Shown: positions 38,008 through 49,994 of the stretch, piece by piece
How positions within the stretch are numbered: position 1 is the stretch's first letter
Layout: each line of letters opens with the position of its first letter
NCBI RefSeq assembly: GCF_001194135.2
Contig: NC_068981.1
Location: 55,305,247-55,369,246, forward strand
Source: Octopus bimaculoides
Taxonomy: Eukaryota
DNA: 64,000 nucleotides
Reading direction: 5' to 3'
Position numbers and translations under genes: made by a program
Notes under the pieces: model-generated
Told to the model about the DNA's origin: nothing
The model's input: the letters and a program-made list of their open reading frames with translations, nothing else
The model's database searches: none

Positions 38008-39900
38008 TTGTGTTTGGCCATGACAGGTCTATTCAACGTCCATTTCTGTCAATGATTTGTCCTAAATATCTTATTTTTGGTACAAAAAATTCACACTTTT
38101 CACTCAAAGTAAAGCCGTAATCCCTAACTTTTTCAAATACATTTTTACATTCTCTGTGTGTTGATCCCTAAATTCACTTTTAATGAGTATATCATCCAGA
38201 TATGGACTTGCAAATTCACAGTCTGCTAACATTGCATCCATAATCTGTTGAAAAATCACTGCTGCGACTTTTAAGCCAAATGGTAACCTGTTGTATTTAT
38301 ACAGTTCTTTATGTGTGTTAATTCTAGGTATGCATCAGAGAGATCTAATTTAGAAAACATCTTGCCACCATTTAATTTCGCAAAAATATCCTCCGGAGTA
38401 GATAGCGAATGTTTTAAGACATTCATTTAAGCCAGTGGAAAAAGCAGCACACATACTGATTTTATTATTCTTTTTCTTAACGTAAACAGTTGGTGATGCT
38501 CATTGACTATATTCCAATTCTTGGATAACTCCAATTTTTTCTAGTCTCTCTAAGTTTATCTGTCCTAATACTGCAAACAGTACAGTTCATTTTTGTTTAA
38601 ATACTTGTATGGCGTTTTCTTTCTTTTTTTTTTTTTTGAAACCATGCCTTTGTTTTGGTACACAGACCTAATTTATTAGACAGAACTTCAGGAAAAATAT
38701 TAAAAAATTTTCATTTTTCAATTCATCTAACGACTTATTTGTACTGGAGGAAAAACCATTCATATTTTTACAGAAAAGATTTATGGAGAAGTCCCATAAG
38801 TTAAATAATTCCATCCAGTCCATACCAAATAAATTTGTGGTATTATATAACACAAAAACTTCAGCTTTTTAGGTTTTTTCACGAAATGTTATGTTACTTA
38901 TAAATATATTATTCTTTTTTTTCCCCAGAAACACCATGGGCAATTTTTGAAGTTGAGGTCTCCCACTTTTTTTTCCAGATATCTGTGTTAATTATTGAGA
39001 TGTCACTGCCTGTATCCAATTTTAACTTGATGTCTGTGCTATTAATTTTTACATATGCAAATTTCTTTTGAGGCTCATTTCTATTTTTTATCACCAATAA
39101 CCCATTTACATGATTTTTTCTGTTGAACCATTTTTTATGTTTTGTCCTACAGTGCAACTTTTTATGGCCTATTTTACCACACTTGAAGCATTTCATATTT
39201 TTAAATAGACAGTTATTTTTAAATAGACAGTTATTTTTAAAATGTACACCACTGCACCCATAACATGGATTCGGTCTTAACATTTTTTTCTCTTGTTTCT
39301 TATTCATTACCAGTCAACATGCTTGAACCTGAGAGCAATCTTTCTCTTCAATTTTATTTGTGCCATATCTTAGATTAATAATCCTCTGACATTCTTCTGC
39401 TACTGCCAGCAGAGTTAAATTTTGATAATATCCGGGAACATATATTTGCATCTTTGCTTGCAGTAACACCTTGAACATAAATTAAACACTTGAACATGTC
39501 TGAGGGCAACTCATTCAATCTGAATTTCTCACACTCTCTGTTAACCACTCCAGTAGATGACAAAATCTTCATCAGCTTTTTTGACCAAATTTAAACATTG
39601 CCTGCGAGTATTGGTTAAGCCAATCTGGTTGAGTATCAGATCTAACTATTGGTGCTATACAATAGTGCTTTGAGCATGCAGACCAGATATATGTTTATAT
39701 CCTAGCAGTTTAGGTTTCACAGAACTAGGCTTGCTTCATAAGAAAAGGACTGGTATAAACATTCACTGAATGTCCCATCACTGTTGGTAAGGACGATGTT
39801 ACATTTACATCCATGTATACATGTACAGTGTTTGAATACATAGGAATACTATGTACAATGTTTATAATCATAAACACAAAAACATAACAATGCTCAATAC
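38008..39900 (-). mobile_element. Ty3/Gypsy relic, 5' part (gag, Zn knuckles, protease, RT)
   Basis: NRECEKFRLNELPSDMFKCLIYVQG (gag), CYGCSGVH..C and CFKCGKIGHKKLHC (knuckles), LKLDTGSDISII (aspartic protease), FSKLDLSDAYL, RLPFGLK, and YLDD at 38202-38191. Confidence 0.88.
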
Positions 39901-40283
39901 TTTCAGCGTCATAAGATTTTCCCACTTAATTTAACTATTAAGATAAACTAGAACCAGCTGATTGCATCCTTTTGAAATACTGTTTTTCCATGAGGAGATG
40001 CTGCAAGAAAGACACATATGGCATGCTATTTCATAAACACTTGTTGTATAAGCATTTATACACAAAGATATATAACTGCTTCATACATAGATATATAAAT
40101 GTTTCACACATACACTCTACATATTTTGACACGTTTTCCTGATATTAAGCTGGTATTCCAGTTGGATCTAAGATCTATCTGTAGTGAATCAGCAACAGCA
40201 TTGGAACTTCCTGAAAACTTTAAGTTCCTTGAGACTGTGTTAACAAAATGTGTTCTCTTCATACGAATGTAAAAGTAAATCAT

Positions 40284-40451
40284 TCATCATCATCAATGTT
40301 TAAGGTCCACTTATCCATGCCTGCATGCAGCAATCAGAATTTATTGGGCTTCCAAACAAGATAATATTTCATATTTCATGGAAGAGACTGGGAATGAACA
40401 ATATCACTTGTATGATGGTGATGCACATTTACATGGACTCACACACATATA

Positions 40452-40508
<57 letters not shown>

Positions 40509-40693
40509 GTATATATTTATTATACACACACGCAACAAGCTTCTTTCAGTTTCTGTCTATCAAATTCATTCATATGGTTTTGGTTGGCCTGAGTTTATAG
40601 TAGAAGACACTTGTTCAAGGTACCATGCAATGAGACTGAATATGAGACCTCATGTTTGGGAAGCAAGCTTCTCAACCACACAGTCAAGCCTGC
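40284..40693 (-). mobile_element. SINE family C copy containing a (TA)n array
   Basis: Similar to 23319-23756. Confidence 0.6.
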
Positions 40694-41512
40694 ACCGTTG
40701 TAGTTGGTAATTTGTGTAGCTTATCCACTTTTAGCATGGAAAGCGGACGTTAAACGATGATGATGATGATGATAAATGTCTAATATATTCTATTTCTTTC
40801 TATTCGTCCACATCCATTGTAAATCTAGCATAACACTGTATTCATGTAATTCTTCAATTGTAACATTCCATTTAATTTATATAAGCTACTTGTTATATCT
40901 ATGTACCAAGCTTATACTATTCAGGTTATTCTATATTTAACAATATTTTACTTCTACCAAAATATTTATAGCTATAAACAAACTATTATTTCTTCTTTTT
41001 ATTCTAACCATCCATTAGTATTCAATCCTCTTACATGCTTTCAATACATAATGCAACATTCACATCTACAATTTGCCTCAATCATTATGCAACTTATATG
41101 CAACCAAAATGATTGTTTAAATATATTTTGTATTTGTTTTCTCATATTAACAGAGTATAGCATTTTGCAAATGAATTAGTGAAGTAAAATATCTTAGAGC
41201 AGGATACACCTACTTCTTGCCATTAACTCCTTAATTTTGATAATGAAATTATTTTCAACACAGCAGACTAAGATAAGCTGAGTTATGAATTTTTTACCTT
41301 GAAGCACAGTACAACACAAGGTTTAAACACAATATTTCAGCATCGCAACCTCGCAACCAATGTGTCATTAATTATATATGTTTATTAAACAAAACAAAAT
41401 TAAATTACATTCTTTTATGATTACCATTCAGACTTCTGCTTTTTTACATTTAAGATCAAAGTCGAAATTAAAACAGTTATATTCAAGGAAGTTATAAATA
41501 ATATATTCTCAC

Positions 41513-42157
41513 CTCTTCATCCATATCATATTCTATTTCTTCATCCAATTCCTCTGATGATTTCTCAATGTATCGATAATAGGACAGAGGCCTAGGACGA
41601 ACATTCGACGGTTTTACATAGTCTTCAACAACTTTGAATTGGGCTTCTGGTAATTTAATAGCAACATGTCCATTGCTCACCTCCTTTTTTAATTTTTGAT
41701 TTTCAGGGTGTTTATTGTTATTCACCTTTTGGGGTGATTTTTCACCTTTTTCTTCCTTCTCAGCATTGCTCTGGTTGTCAATCTCATCCTGTGAGATAAT
41801 TTCCAAAGGCTCATAAATATTGATGCGATGAACCTTTCCTTCTAAGTCCACTTCCACCAATCTCTGTGCATCAGCGTAAGATAGTGTGTCTCTGGATTGA
41901 GTCCGGAAAAACTCAGGAGGTGTTGGCGACCTTCGATTAGCCCGATGGTGCCATTTATTCTTACGCTTTGCTTTCTTGTTGGAGTGAGTAGGAGGCACAA
42001 CATTTTCTGGGTTTTCATGATCAAAATTATATAAATGAAATTGGATACCACAGAAACTTTTATAGACACGACCACAATCTTTCACTGGGCATTCATAAGG
42101 TGGTTTTGTGGCCTTTAAGTTTTGTACGTAAGTTTTCACATCAAAATCAAAAACCAT
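41513..42157 (-). CDS. BRPF1: Peregrin/BRPF1 first coding exon (N-terminal C2H2 finger, start of EPC-like region), 215 codons
   Basis: [35 protein letters not shown]...YDMDEE closely resembles the BRPF1 N-terminus ([24 protein letters not shown]). Donor GAG|GTGAGA at 41512, phase 0. Acceptor atttctattgcag|G at 42234 places the exon start at 42233, including 76 nt of 5' UTR. Confidence 0.96.
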
Positions 42158-42498
42158 GTTTGTGTATCAGTCTCCATTTCATTAATAACGCAAATTCCTA
42201 ACAATGGCAAACATTGATCCAACTGGAAACAACCTGCAATAGAAATTATAATGAAATCAATAAGTTAATAATGACTCGTGTAAAACATCTATAATATTGA
42301 AGCAATAATAATCTAGAAAAGTTACTAACATACAAAACTATGGTTGCATGCTAAATATTTGAAGTAACTAGAAAACAAAAATAGAAAATAGCTCTAAGTA
42401 GTTAATTTTTCAATCGACAAGATATGCTGCCTTTGTTTCAACTAATTTAAAATCAATGAAGAATTTAGTAAAACAACTGTCGTTATTAAACTACATTT

Positions 42499-42601
42499 TG
42501 GAGCCTGGTGTTGCCATCCAGTTTCACCAGTCCTCAGTCAAGTCGTCCAACCCATGCTAGCATGGAAAGCGGACGTTAAACGATGATGATGATGATGATG
42601 A
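42499..42601 (+). mobile_element. Short young RTE 3' end
   Basis: ggagcctggtgttgccatcc...gcggacgttaaac(gat)n, nearly identical to 3455-3555. Confidence 0.85.
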
Positions 42602-42949
42602 TTTTGGATCATCATTGTCATCATTTAATGTTCATTGTCCATGTTGGCATGGGTTGGACAGTGACCAGAGCTGACAAGCTGGGGCGGGGTAAGCCATCTG
42701 ACACATCTTTAATTTCCAGTTCCTTTGCAATTATGCTTTAGTATCATGCCTCAAGTACCAGCAATGTGGTCAGAAAAAATTCAGGCAATGAAAGACAGTA
42801 CATCTATGATAAAATACAAACTCATAACCTGTTAGTCAACAATCTAACTTGGTTAATGAAATTTCTGACTGAGTATAAAGTTAATTTTACAATGGAGGGT
42901 TAATATTGTCAAATGAATCAACTAGTTTAGAGAGGAAGAATTTCTATTG

Positions 42950-43760
42950 TTACCAAACTTTTCAGTGTCTCCATTACCAACAAGGCTAATCTCTCTGAAC
43001 CCCTTACAAACTATTGACCAATTGCTCTCACTTCCAGCATTTCAAAAGTTAAAGTAAATGATTACAACACCTTCTTAGTGACTATCGGATCAACTACAGA
43101 CTTGTTGCACTAAACATCAACAAAGCTTTACCTAAAGTTGTCCTACAGTCTACATCCACTTCTGATTCCTTAGACTGGAGTCTTCCTGCAACATATGCCA
43201 ATGGGATTCTCTTTGACTCACAATTTACTAACTCTGGTATATTCCAAAGTTTGGTTATGGTCTACCCCACATTTCATTCTGTACATTATGGAAATACTTT
43301 ACCACAAATGGTACAACCATTCACTCTTCATTAACCTGCACGCACAGCTTCAACACCATATGCAAGACATACACTGCTTTCATAAACAAAGGCTTTGAGA
43401 ACATTTTTCAATCGGGAATCTTTTAACAACACTAAGACACATACCAAGAAAATGGACTTTACCTCACTAGCTATTCACAAACAACACAAATAAACCTTGA
43501 AAGTAATTGTTAATCTTTGATGATCACACATGGTAACCCCACATGTATGACATTACCTAAATCACATAACAAAAATTAGGAAACCTTATCAGAATTAGAA
43601 AATCTTGATCAGTTGCTGACCTACAAAGCTCAACTAAGATTACTCACATAGAGGAAACTGTTGCTGTACAACATATATGGATACAGGGATCAAAATGAAG
43701 GCTATTTGACTAGCTGACAATCATTTACTTACAACATGCTACAACCACAAGATGTCAGAC
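42950..43760 (+). mobile_element. Degenerate CR1/L2-like LINE RT fragment
   Basis: NY*PIALTSSISKV at 43009-43050 (cf. NYRPIALTS..SK) and LWSTPHFILYIMEI (cf. SVLSPTLFILYINDL). Confidence 0.5.
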
Positions 43761-44282
43761 ACAAAATTTCCCTTTTGCTTTTTCTAAAGAGTGAAAGCAA
43801 GTAAAATATAGTTTAATTTTTTATATCTTTAGCTGTTCTGTCATTTTTTATTGGGTTTTCTCCTGGCATGCAAATAAAGATTTCAGTAGCTTTTACAATT
43901 AAAATAAGCTAACTGTAAGTTTATTTTCCTCAGTTCATAAAATGAACATTTACGGTTACTATGGAATTAAATTAAAACCAAAGTTTTCATAATTAACTCT
44001 AAAGTTGTATAATAATAAATCTGAAATTAATATAGTTTACAATTTAAACATAAATTGAAATATCTCTTTCAAATTATACTACCTTTCCACTGATTTTAAA
44101 AATCAATCATACTAAGAATTTATCTAATTCCATTTGATCTTATACTTGAATTAAAGAAACTATTTCCTACAAAGTTGCTTTCCTGTGTAGATTATTGAAA
44201 CACAAGAATAACTGAATAAATTAGTGGAGGTGAATCATATAACATTATTTCTTCAATGATCAACTAACTGTCATTAAGATAT

Positions 44283-44553
44283 GCTGTATAAATTTTCATA
44301 CTGACATACAACCAACTCCACAGTGTCCTGTGATGGAGTTGGAACTGTCATAGTTGTAAAAAGTATCTCACAATAATTATTTTGGTTATAGTCATTTTTT
44401 TAAAATAATAGATTGACGAAATCATGGTGACTTGTATCACATTCTACTCTTGTAGTCCACACACACACACACACATACAATGCATTCAAAGTTGACTTGC
44501 TACTTTTTGCCAGTTTGCAAAGAAGGTGCTGCCTTAGGTCAAGGACACTTATA
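44283..44553 (+). repeat. 271-bp segment duplicated at 45694-45964
   Basis: gctgtataaattttcatactg...ggtcaaggacacttata appears identical in both copies by eye, including the T7 run and the (CA)n length. Confidence 0.95.
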
Positions 44554-45189
44554 AGTAAGAAATGAAAATATGTTGCACTCATTTGAGTTTCACATTAACT
44601 GAAAATATCTAATTTACTGAAGACTTTTGTTTACAGAGAAAAATTGAATTAATCACTGCAGCAGTGTTTTGTCTGATATACAGCTTCAGAATATTAAATG
44701 GCATTTAAATGGTTTCATACTCTATTTGACAATAATAATGAATGCTATGTGGGTGACTAAAACAGTCTTTTATCTTTTACTCTTCAACTATGTCATTTAC
44801 TGAATCATTGAGTGTAATCTTGAGAAAATTGTGGATGTCACTGTGAGATGAGATTTCATCTGACCTTTACTATGCTGACAACCTCAACAATAATTGACAA
44901 CTACATGAGTATCCAATCACTCACTGAACATCTTAGTGTGTATACCTCACATGTTTGTGTGAAAATCAATGCAGCCAAGACAAAAATGGCATCCATCATA
45001 TCCAATGGCAATACATAGCTTCTCAACAATAAAACATCTACTCTTTGTATTGGATGTGTGTATATACTTTCAGTATTTTTTACTGGATTCATGCTGGGAC
45101 ACTGCCCTGAAGGGTTAGTCAATCATAGTGATTCATTCCGAAAGGACTTCTCTGGCCCTACCATTAATTAGTCAGATTTACAATCCATT

Positions 45190-45590
45190 AATCTTCTTAG
45201 CCCACTATTCCTGAGAGGGTCAAGGAAACAGAGTCCTCAGGCACCTCCTCCTTAGAGTCTTATCAGAAGCAAGTGTCATTAAATTTTCTGATTGGGTTTC
45301 CAAGTATGACCAACTGAGACCATGGATATTATCCAGCCATCTCCTGCCAACTAGCCCAGCTTGAAGAATCCATCTAGAGATTCTTTCTGGTGACTTTCTA
45401 ATCAAGTATCCATAGTACTGGAGATGTGATCTCTCAATGCAGAGAAATAATGGCATGATCTGATCTCTAAGCTAAGCATCCTGTTGAATAATATTACTCT
45501 GGTGATCCTTCAGAGGAATCCCATTTCAGCTGCTTGTATTCACAACTGTACTCTTTCAGTCAGTAAACCTACAAAGGATCCAGGTTGATT
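45190..45590 (-). mobile_element. Degenerate RTE/BovB-like fragment
   Basis: Minus strand reads IERSHLQYYGYLIRKSPERISRWILQA..VGRRWLDNI, resembling an RTE ORF C-terminus. Confidence 0.5.
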
Positions 45591-45593
45591 ATG

Positions 45594-45989
45594 TTAACCT
45601 TTTAGCATTCAAACTGCCCATATCCGGCCAAAATATTTTACCTGTTTTATCTTCAAATAAGCTAAGTTGTGTCTCTTACATTAATAACTCTGGGCTGTAT
45701 AAATTTTCATACTGACATACAACCAACTCCACAGTGTCCTGTGATGGAGTTGGAACTGTCATAGTTGTAAAAAGTATCTCACAATAATTATTTTGGTTAT
45801 AGTCATTTTTTTAAAATAATAGATTGACGAAATCATGGTGACTTGTATCACATTCTACTCTTGTAGTCCACACACACACACACACATACAATGCATTCAA
45901 AGTTGACTTGCTACTTTTTGCCAGTTTGCAAAGAAGGTGCTGCCTTAGGTCAAGGACACTTATATGGTGCCCTATGGGCAGTATGTTAA
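45594..45989. mobile_element. piggyBac-type MITE enclosing the duplicated 271-bp segment
   Basis: Left end TTAA|ccttttagcattcaaACTGCCCATAtccggcc; right end TATGGGCAGTatg|TTAA. The 10-bp sub-terminal inverted match plus TTAA at both ends supports an element boundary. Confidence 0.55.
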
Positions 45990-47722
45990 GTTGACTAATT
46001 CATCCTTCACTTCCTGAGTTAATTACTTCTGTCAGTTTTATCACTGCTCAGATGATGCCTCTGTCAATATTTATGTACTCTTGAACCAAGAGAATCTTAC
46101 AATTTTGTCTACTCCAATGAATCCCTGGAATATTGGTAATGCAGTTATCTTGCCTTGTTCCAGCACACACCAGATTGACTCAATCAACAAAGTACCTAAC
46201 ACAATGCACAAGACTATATTTGCAGAGCTTTTAATGAACAGCCAGAATCAAAGCTGAAGAAGAGACGTTCTATGCATCAGGATAGCAATATGATTCAGCT
46301 ATTGCTAAACAGATTATCCATGTATCAATTATCCTAAGAGGGTTATTTTCAACTGCATGTCATGCTTCTTGCACATTCTAATGCTGATGTAGTGACTAAC
46401 TTTTGGAAAGTTGTATTTTTGAATCCAACTAGTGCAAAGCAGTTCTGTCTTCTCATTAGATAAGAAGCATCCCACCAATACACATTCTGTCCAGATAAGT
46501 TGATTACATGCAGGTGTTTTCACAAATATTTACAAGATTGCTGGGATTCAATTTCCTGTAACAGAGCTGAATTTGTGTTCATTCCCATCAGAAAAAGCAT
46601 TCCAAGAAATGTAATATAATGAAGGTGGTGTTGCCCTATTAATGTCCATACTTTGTTTTGTAAACTTTTTGTGAGGATGACCACAAAGTTGAAGAAACTA
46701 CTCAACAAGCTTTGTTGCTTAACACAAGGTTTTTGTAGAATCCACATCACAAACGAAAGCACTGATGCAACTACATATCTTCACTACTGCTCAGAATCAA
46801 TAGATGTTCATATCATTTCGATCACTGGTGTGTACAGATGACACTGAAATTTCACTCATTATTTTCTCCAAGTCAAAACTCTCCATCCTTAATTAAATCA
46901 TTAATAAAGAAATCATTAATAAATAATATCACTGATTTCTAAGTCTTTGCTTAGTGTCATTACCATGACACTCAAAAATTGAAGGAATAAAAAATCTGAA
47001 TTCACTCAAACAATAAATGTATACAATACAAACAGAGAAATCCTCTGACAGGATGTTCTTTCTAAAATGAAGCTAAATTTCGTTTCTTGCATAGAAAAGT
47101 CCTTCATTCCTGTTTTACAAACCCAAGCAATGGTTGTAATTACTTGCAATAAAGAACTGGGTTAATGTTTGTGTTGCCAGCAATCTTCTACTGAATGAAT
47201 ATTTGCCTTGCCATTATTTCAGCCGTTTTCTATTTTGTAGGTATCAAAGACCAGAATAGCCTCATCAAAAACTACTATCAAACTGAACAGCCTGTCATTG
47301 AATTGTTGTCAAGATCTCTAGCTGTGGTGGTTGTCTCAGATTTCTTTTCCATCAGTTGGTACAAAGAATATTTCATTCACAATGGCAAGCATGCTGAAGA
47401 TGTTTCTGCTGCACAAACATGTTCCTCAAATATTGGTGCCTTGTGCATTTTGAAAATTTCCTGATATAAACATGGCATTGTTCTGCTTCCTGATACCTGT
47501 AGAAACCGATTCATTCAGTAAAATACACACTATAATTTTCTGGCCACTTTTGTCCACATTCGGAATTTCTACAAACATCTATCATGAAGGAGTGAAGTTA
47601 ATCCCCTTCTGCATCAAAGGAGGGATTCCCACTTAATGTCATACTCTTAGTTGTATCTCAAGGTGTTTTTGTGGTGTATGAGTAAGGACATTAAACTGTT
47701 GAGAGGCATGAAAACTCTAGTG

Positions 47723-48126
47723 CGAAGGTTCTCAACCCATTTTGGCCAAAGGCCCCCTTTTGACTCTTGGAGTCATATATCCACCCCCACCCCACGAAAA
47801 TATTTTCATTTTTCAATATACTACTTATTTTGATATCAGCAGATAATGATTAAAAAATAAAGGACGTCATTTTACACATGTGCTTGTACGCAATTGGGAG
47901 TACAAATGTACAAATTGAAATGCAAAAGAAATGAAATAATGAATTGAAAGTTTGGTAATTACGTTTATTTCCACCATGCAACACTTTTGAGATCAACATG
48001 TTGTCTATCAAAAGAGTACTCTTTGGTACAAGAGAGCCCCTTTCCTCCAAAATGCCCCCCTTGAGCTCCAAATGCCCCCAGCCCCCCCGGGGAGGGGGGT
48101 CATATAGCCCCTGTTGAGAACCTTTG
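47723..48126. mobile_element. hAT (Charlie-like) MITE
   Basis: TIRs cgaaggttctcaac / gttgagaacctttg; 8-bp TSD ctctagtg (47715-47722) / ctctaggg (48127-48134), matching the CTCTAGAG-type target of Charlie elements. Confidence 0.8.
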
Positions 48127-48459
48127 CTCTAGGGTATCCAGTAAGAATTGTTGCCACATGTTAACATTATTGGAAGTATCAACTAACCAAGAGTCATCCT
48201 CTTTAGTTGTTTGCATGTATGGTCAGTACCAATGGAGACAAATGGTATCTTATTCTTCATGACATCTTCCTGTCAGGCCTGAATTTTGGATGACTTCTCT
48301 TCAGCTCCTAAAATACTACAAGTGGAGTCCTTGTTTCTGGAAACATAACTAGGCAAAGTGAATGAAGAGTTTATTGGTCAGAAGATATTATCCTTTTTAT
48401 ATCACTTAGGAGCACATATGCTCCTGATAGCACTGACCACATAATAGATAAAAAGGCCT

Positions 48460-48720
48460 AAAAGTGTAAAAAAATGTTAGGATTAGAAATCTAATAATGC
48501 TTCCAGTGGTTTTTTTTTAACCCAGAAAACACAGGATTAGCCTATTTAATTATGTTGCTAGGGTAACTAAAGCTGAGATTGTGCAAACAATGTATTTTTT
48601 TGGTAGACATATTGAAAATCCAAAATAACAGTGTTGGTAAAAGGTGTTGCTGAACTTGACATCAACATAGCATTCAACGGTGTCTGGCACACAATACTTG
48701 CCCTCTAATGGCTCCAACTT
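48460..48720 (+). mobile_element. Degenerate LINE RT fragment
   Basis: 48655-48700 reads LDINIAFNGVWHTIL (cf. LDISKAFDRVWH). Confidence 0.45.
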
Positions 48721-49405
48721 GTCTCTTAGATCTGAGACAAATGAAAGGCAAATTGAAATCCAGCAGGATTTGAACTAAGCACATAAAAGAATCTAAGTGT
48801 AGCCAGACATTTTGTCCAGTACTCCACTGATTCTACCACTTCACCACCTTAATGATAATAATTGTTTCTAATTTAGGCACAAGGACAGCAATTTTGAGAG
48901 AAGGAACAAGTTGATTACATCAGCCTTAGCATTTAAATAGTACTTATTTTACAAACTCTGAAGGATCAAAGGCAAGTAGACTTTGGTGGGATTTGAATTC
49001 AGAATATAAAGAACTAGAATGAATACTGCAAGGCATTTTTCTCACTACACAAATGATTCTGCAAATCCATTTCACTCTTTTTCCTTCTGAATGCTGATCA
49101 ACAGTTAGATATCAACAAATTAGATGATAGATTATTTCAATGTGATCAGTCATGATTATCTTCCATTTGTGAAATATTAACATAAAAATCAAAATACCCA
49201 TATTACCAAATTTACTAAGTCATCATCTAAAATACAGAACCTATGCACTTTACATATACAATATGCAAACTGAACTTTTTTAACCATAATACAAAGACAA
49301 AAATTAAAAGACACATTACCATCTGACAGTTCTATATTTAAGAGATGAGGGATTATGTACATTATTTACATTTGAAAGATATTTGTCCTCATCTTGTTTG
49401 TTGTT

Positions 49406-49448
49406 AACACGTTTCGGCTGATATACCCTCCAGCCTTCATCAGGTGTC
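49406..49448 (-). ncRNA. Hammerhead motif copy C (cleavage triplet deleted)
   Basis: Minus strand reads GACAC CUGAUGA A GGCUG gaggguauau CAGCC GAAA C GUGUU. The core and stem II are perfect, but a 3-nt deletion removes GUU. Confidence 0.55.
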
Positions 49449-49501
49449 TTGGGGAAATTTCGAACCATAGGAATCAGAACCCAAGTTCGAAATTTCCCCA
49501 A

Positions 49502-49547
49502 GACACCTGATGAAGGCTGGAGGGTATATCAGCTGAAAGGTTGTGTT
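49502..49547 (+). ncRNA. Hammerhead motif copy D (helix III C15.2>G)
   Basis: GACAC CUGAUGA A GGCUG gaggguauau CAGCU GAAA GGUU GUGUU. Confidence 0.55.
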
Positions 49548-49599
49548 AACAACAAACAAGATGAGGACAAATATCCGTCAAATGTAAATAATGTACATT

Positions 49600-49960
49600 A
49601 CTATCTGTGTGATTTGTGGAAGGAAATGTTTGAGTCATTCCGGCCTGGTCAGCCATTATAGAATTCACAGGAATCAACCTATTGTAAATTGTGATATGGT
49701 TATTGTTCACAAGAGAACATGTGCAACCTGTGGAAAGGTGTGCCTCTCAGTTGGAGAATTGAAAAGGCATGTCAAAAGAGTATATACTGTGGCACCTGTT
49801 CCTTCTGCCAGCCAGCACAGCTATGCATTATGCAATAGAATGTGCAAATCTTTGGCCAGGCTCAAGAGTCATACAAGGGCCTAGCATTGCATCAACAATG
49901 ACTCATTTAAGTGATTCTTTCTAGCAACTATGGCTTCGCTCATATATGAGAAAGCAGCTA
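49600..49960 (+). mobile_element. Probable LINE (RTE/BovB-like) 3' end carrying three degenerate C2H2 zinc fingers
   Basis: CVICGRKCLSHSGLVSHYRIH, CATCGKVCLSVGELKRHVKR and (C)ALCNRMCKSLARLKSHTRA*, followed by a short UTR and (AT)n. No splice sites or upstream start support a host gene. Confidence 0.5.
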
Positions 49961-49994
49961 ATATATATCTTTTATTTCTTTTAATATATATCTT

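Larger units (their letters stand above)
49355..49598. mobile_element. Inverted dimer of the PLE terminal repeat (copies C and D)
   Basis: 49355-49465 is the reverse complement of 49485-49598, with a 19-nt spacer. Confidence 0.85.

Noticed and set aside
39198-39240. Short tandem duplications (18 bp in the Gypsy knuckle; also ~49958-50006 and ~63103-63132)
   Set aside because: Ordinary slippage duplications with no further structure.
39900-40250. 5' LTR and primer-binding site of the Gypsy relic
   Set aside because: No recognisable match to the putative 3' LTR left of 34298 and no clear PBS, so element boundaries remain approximate.
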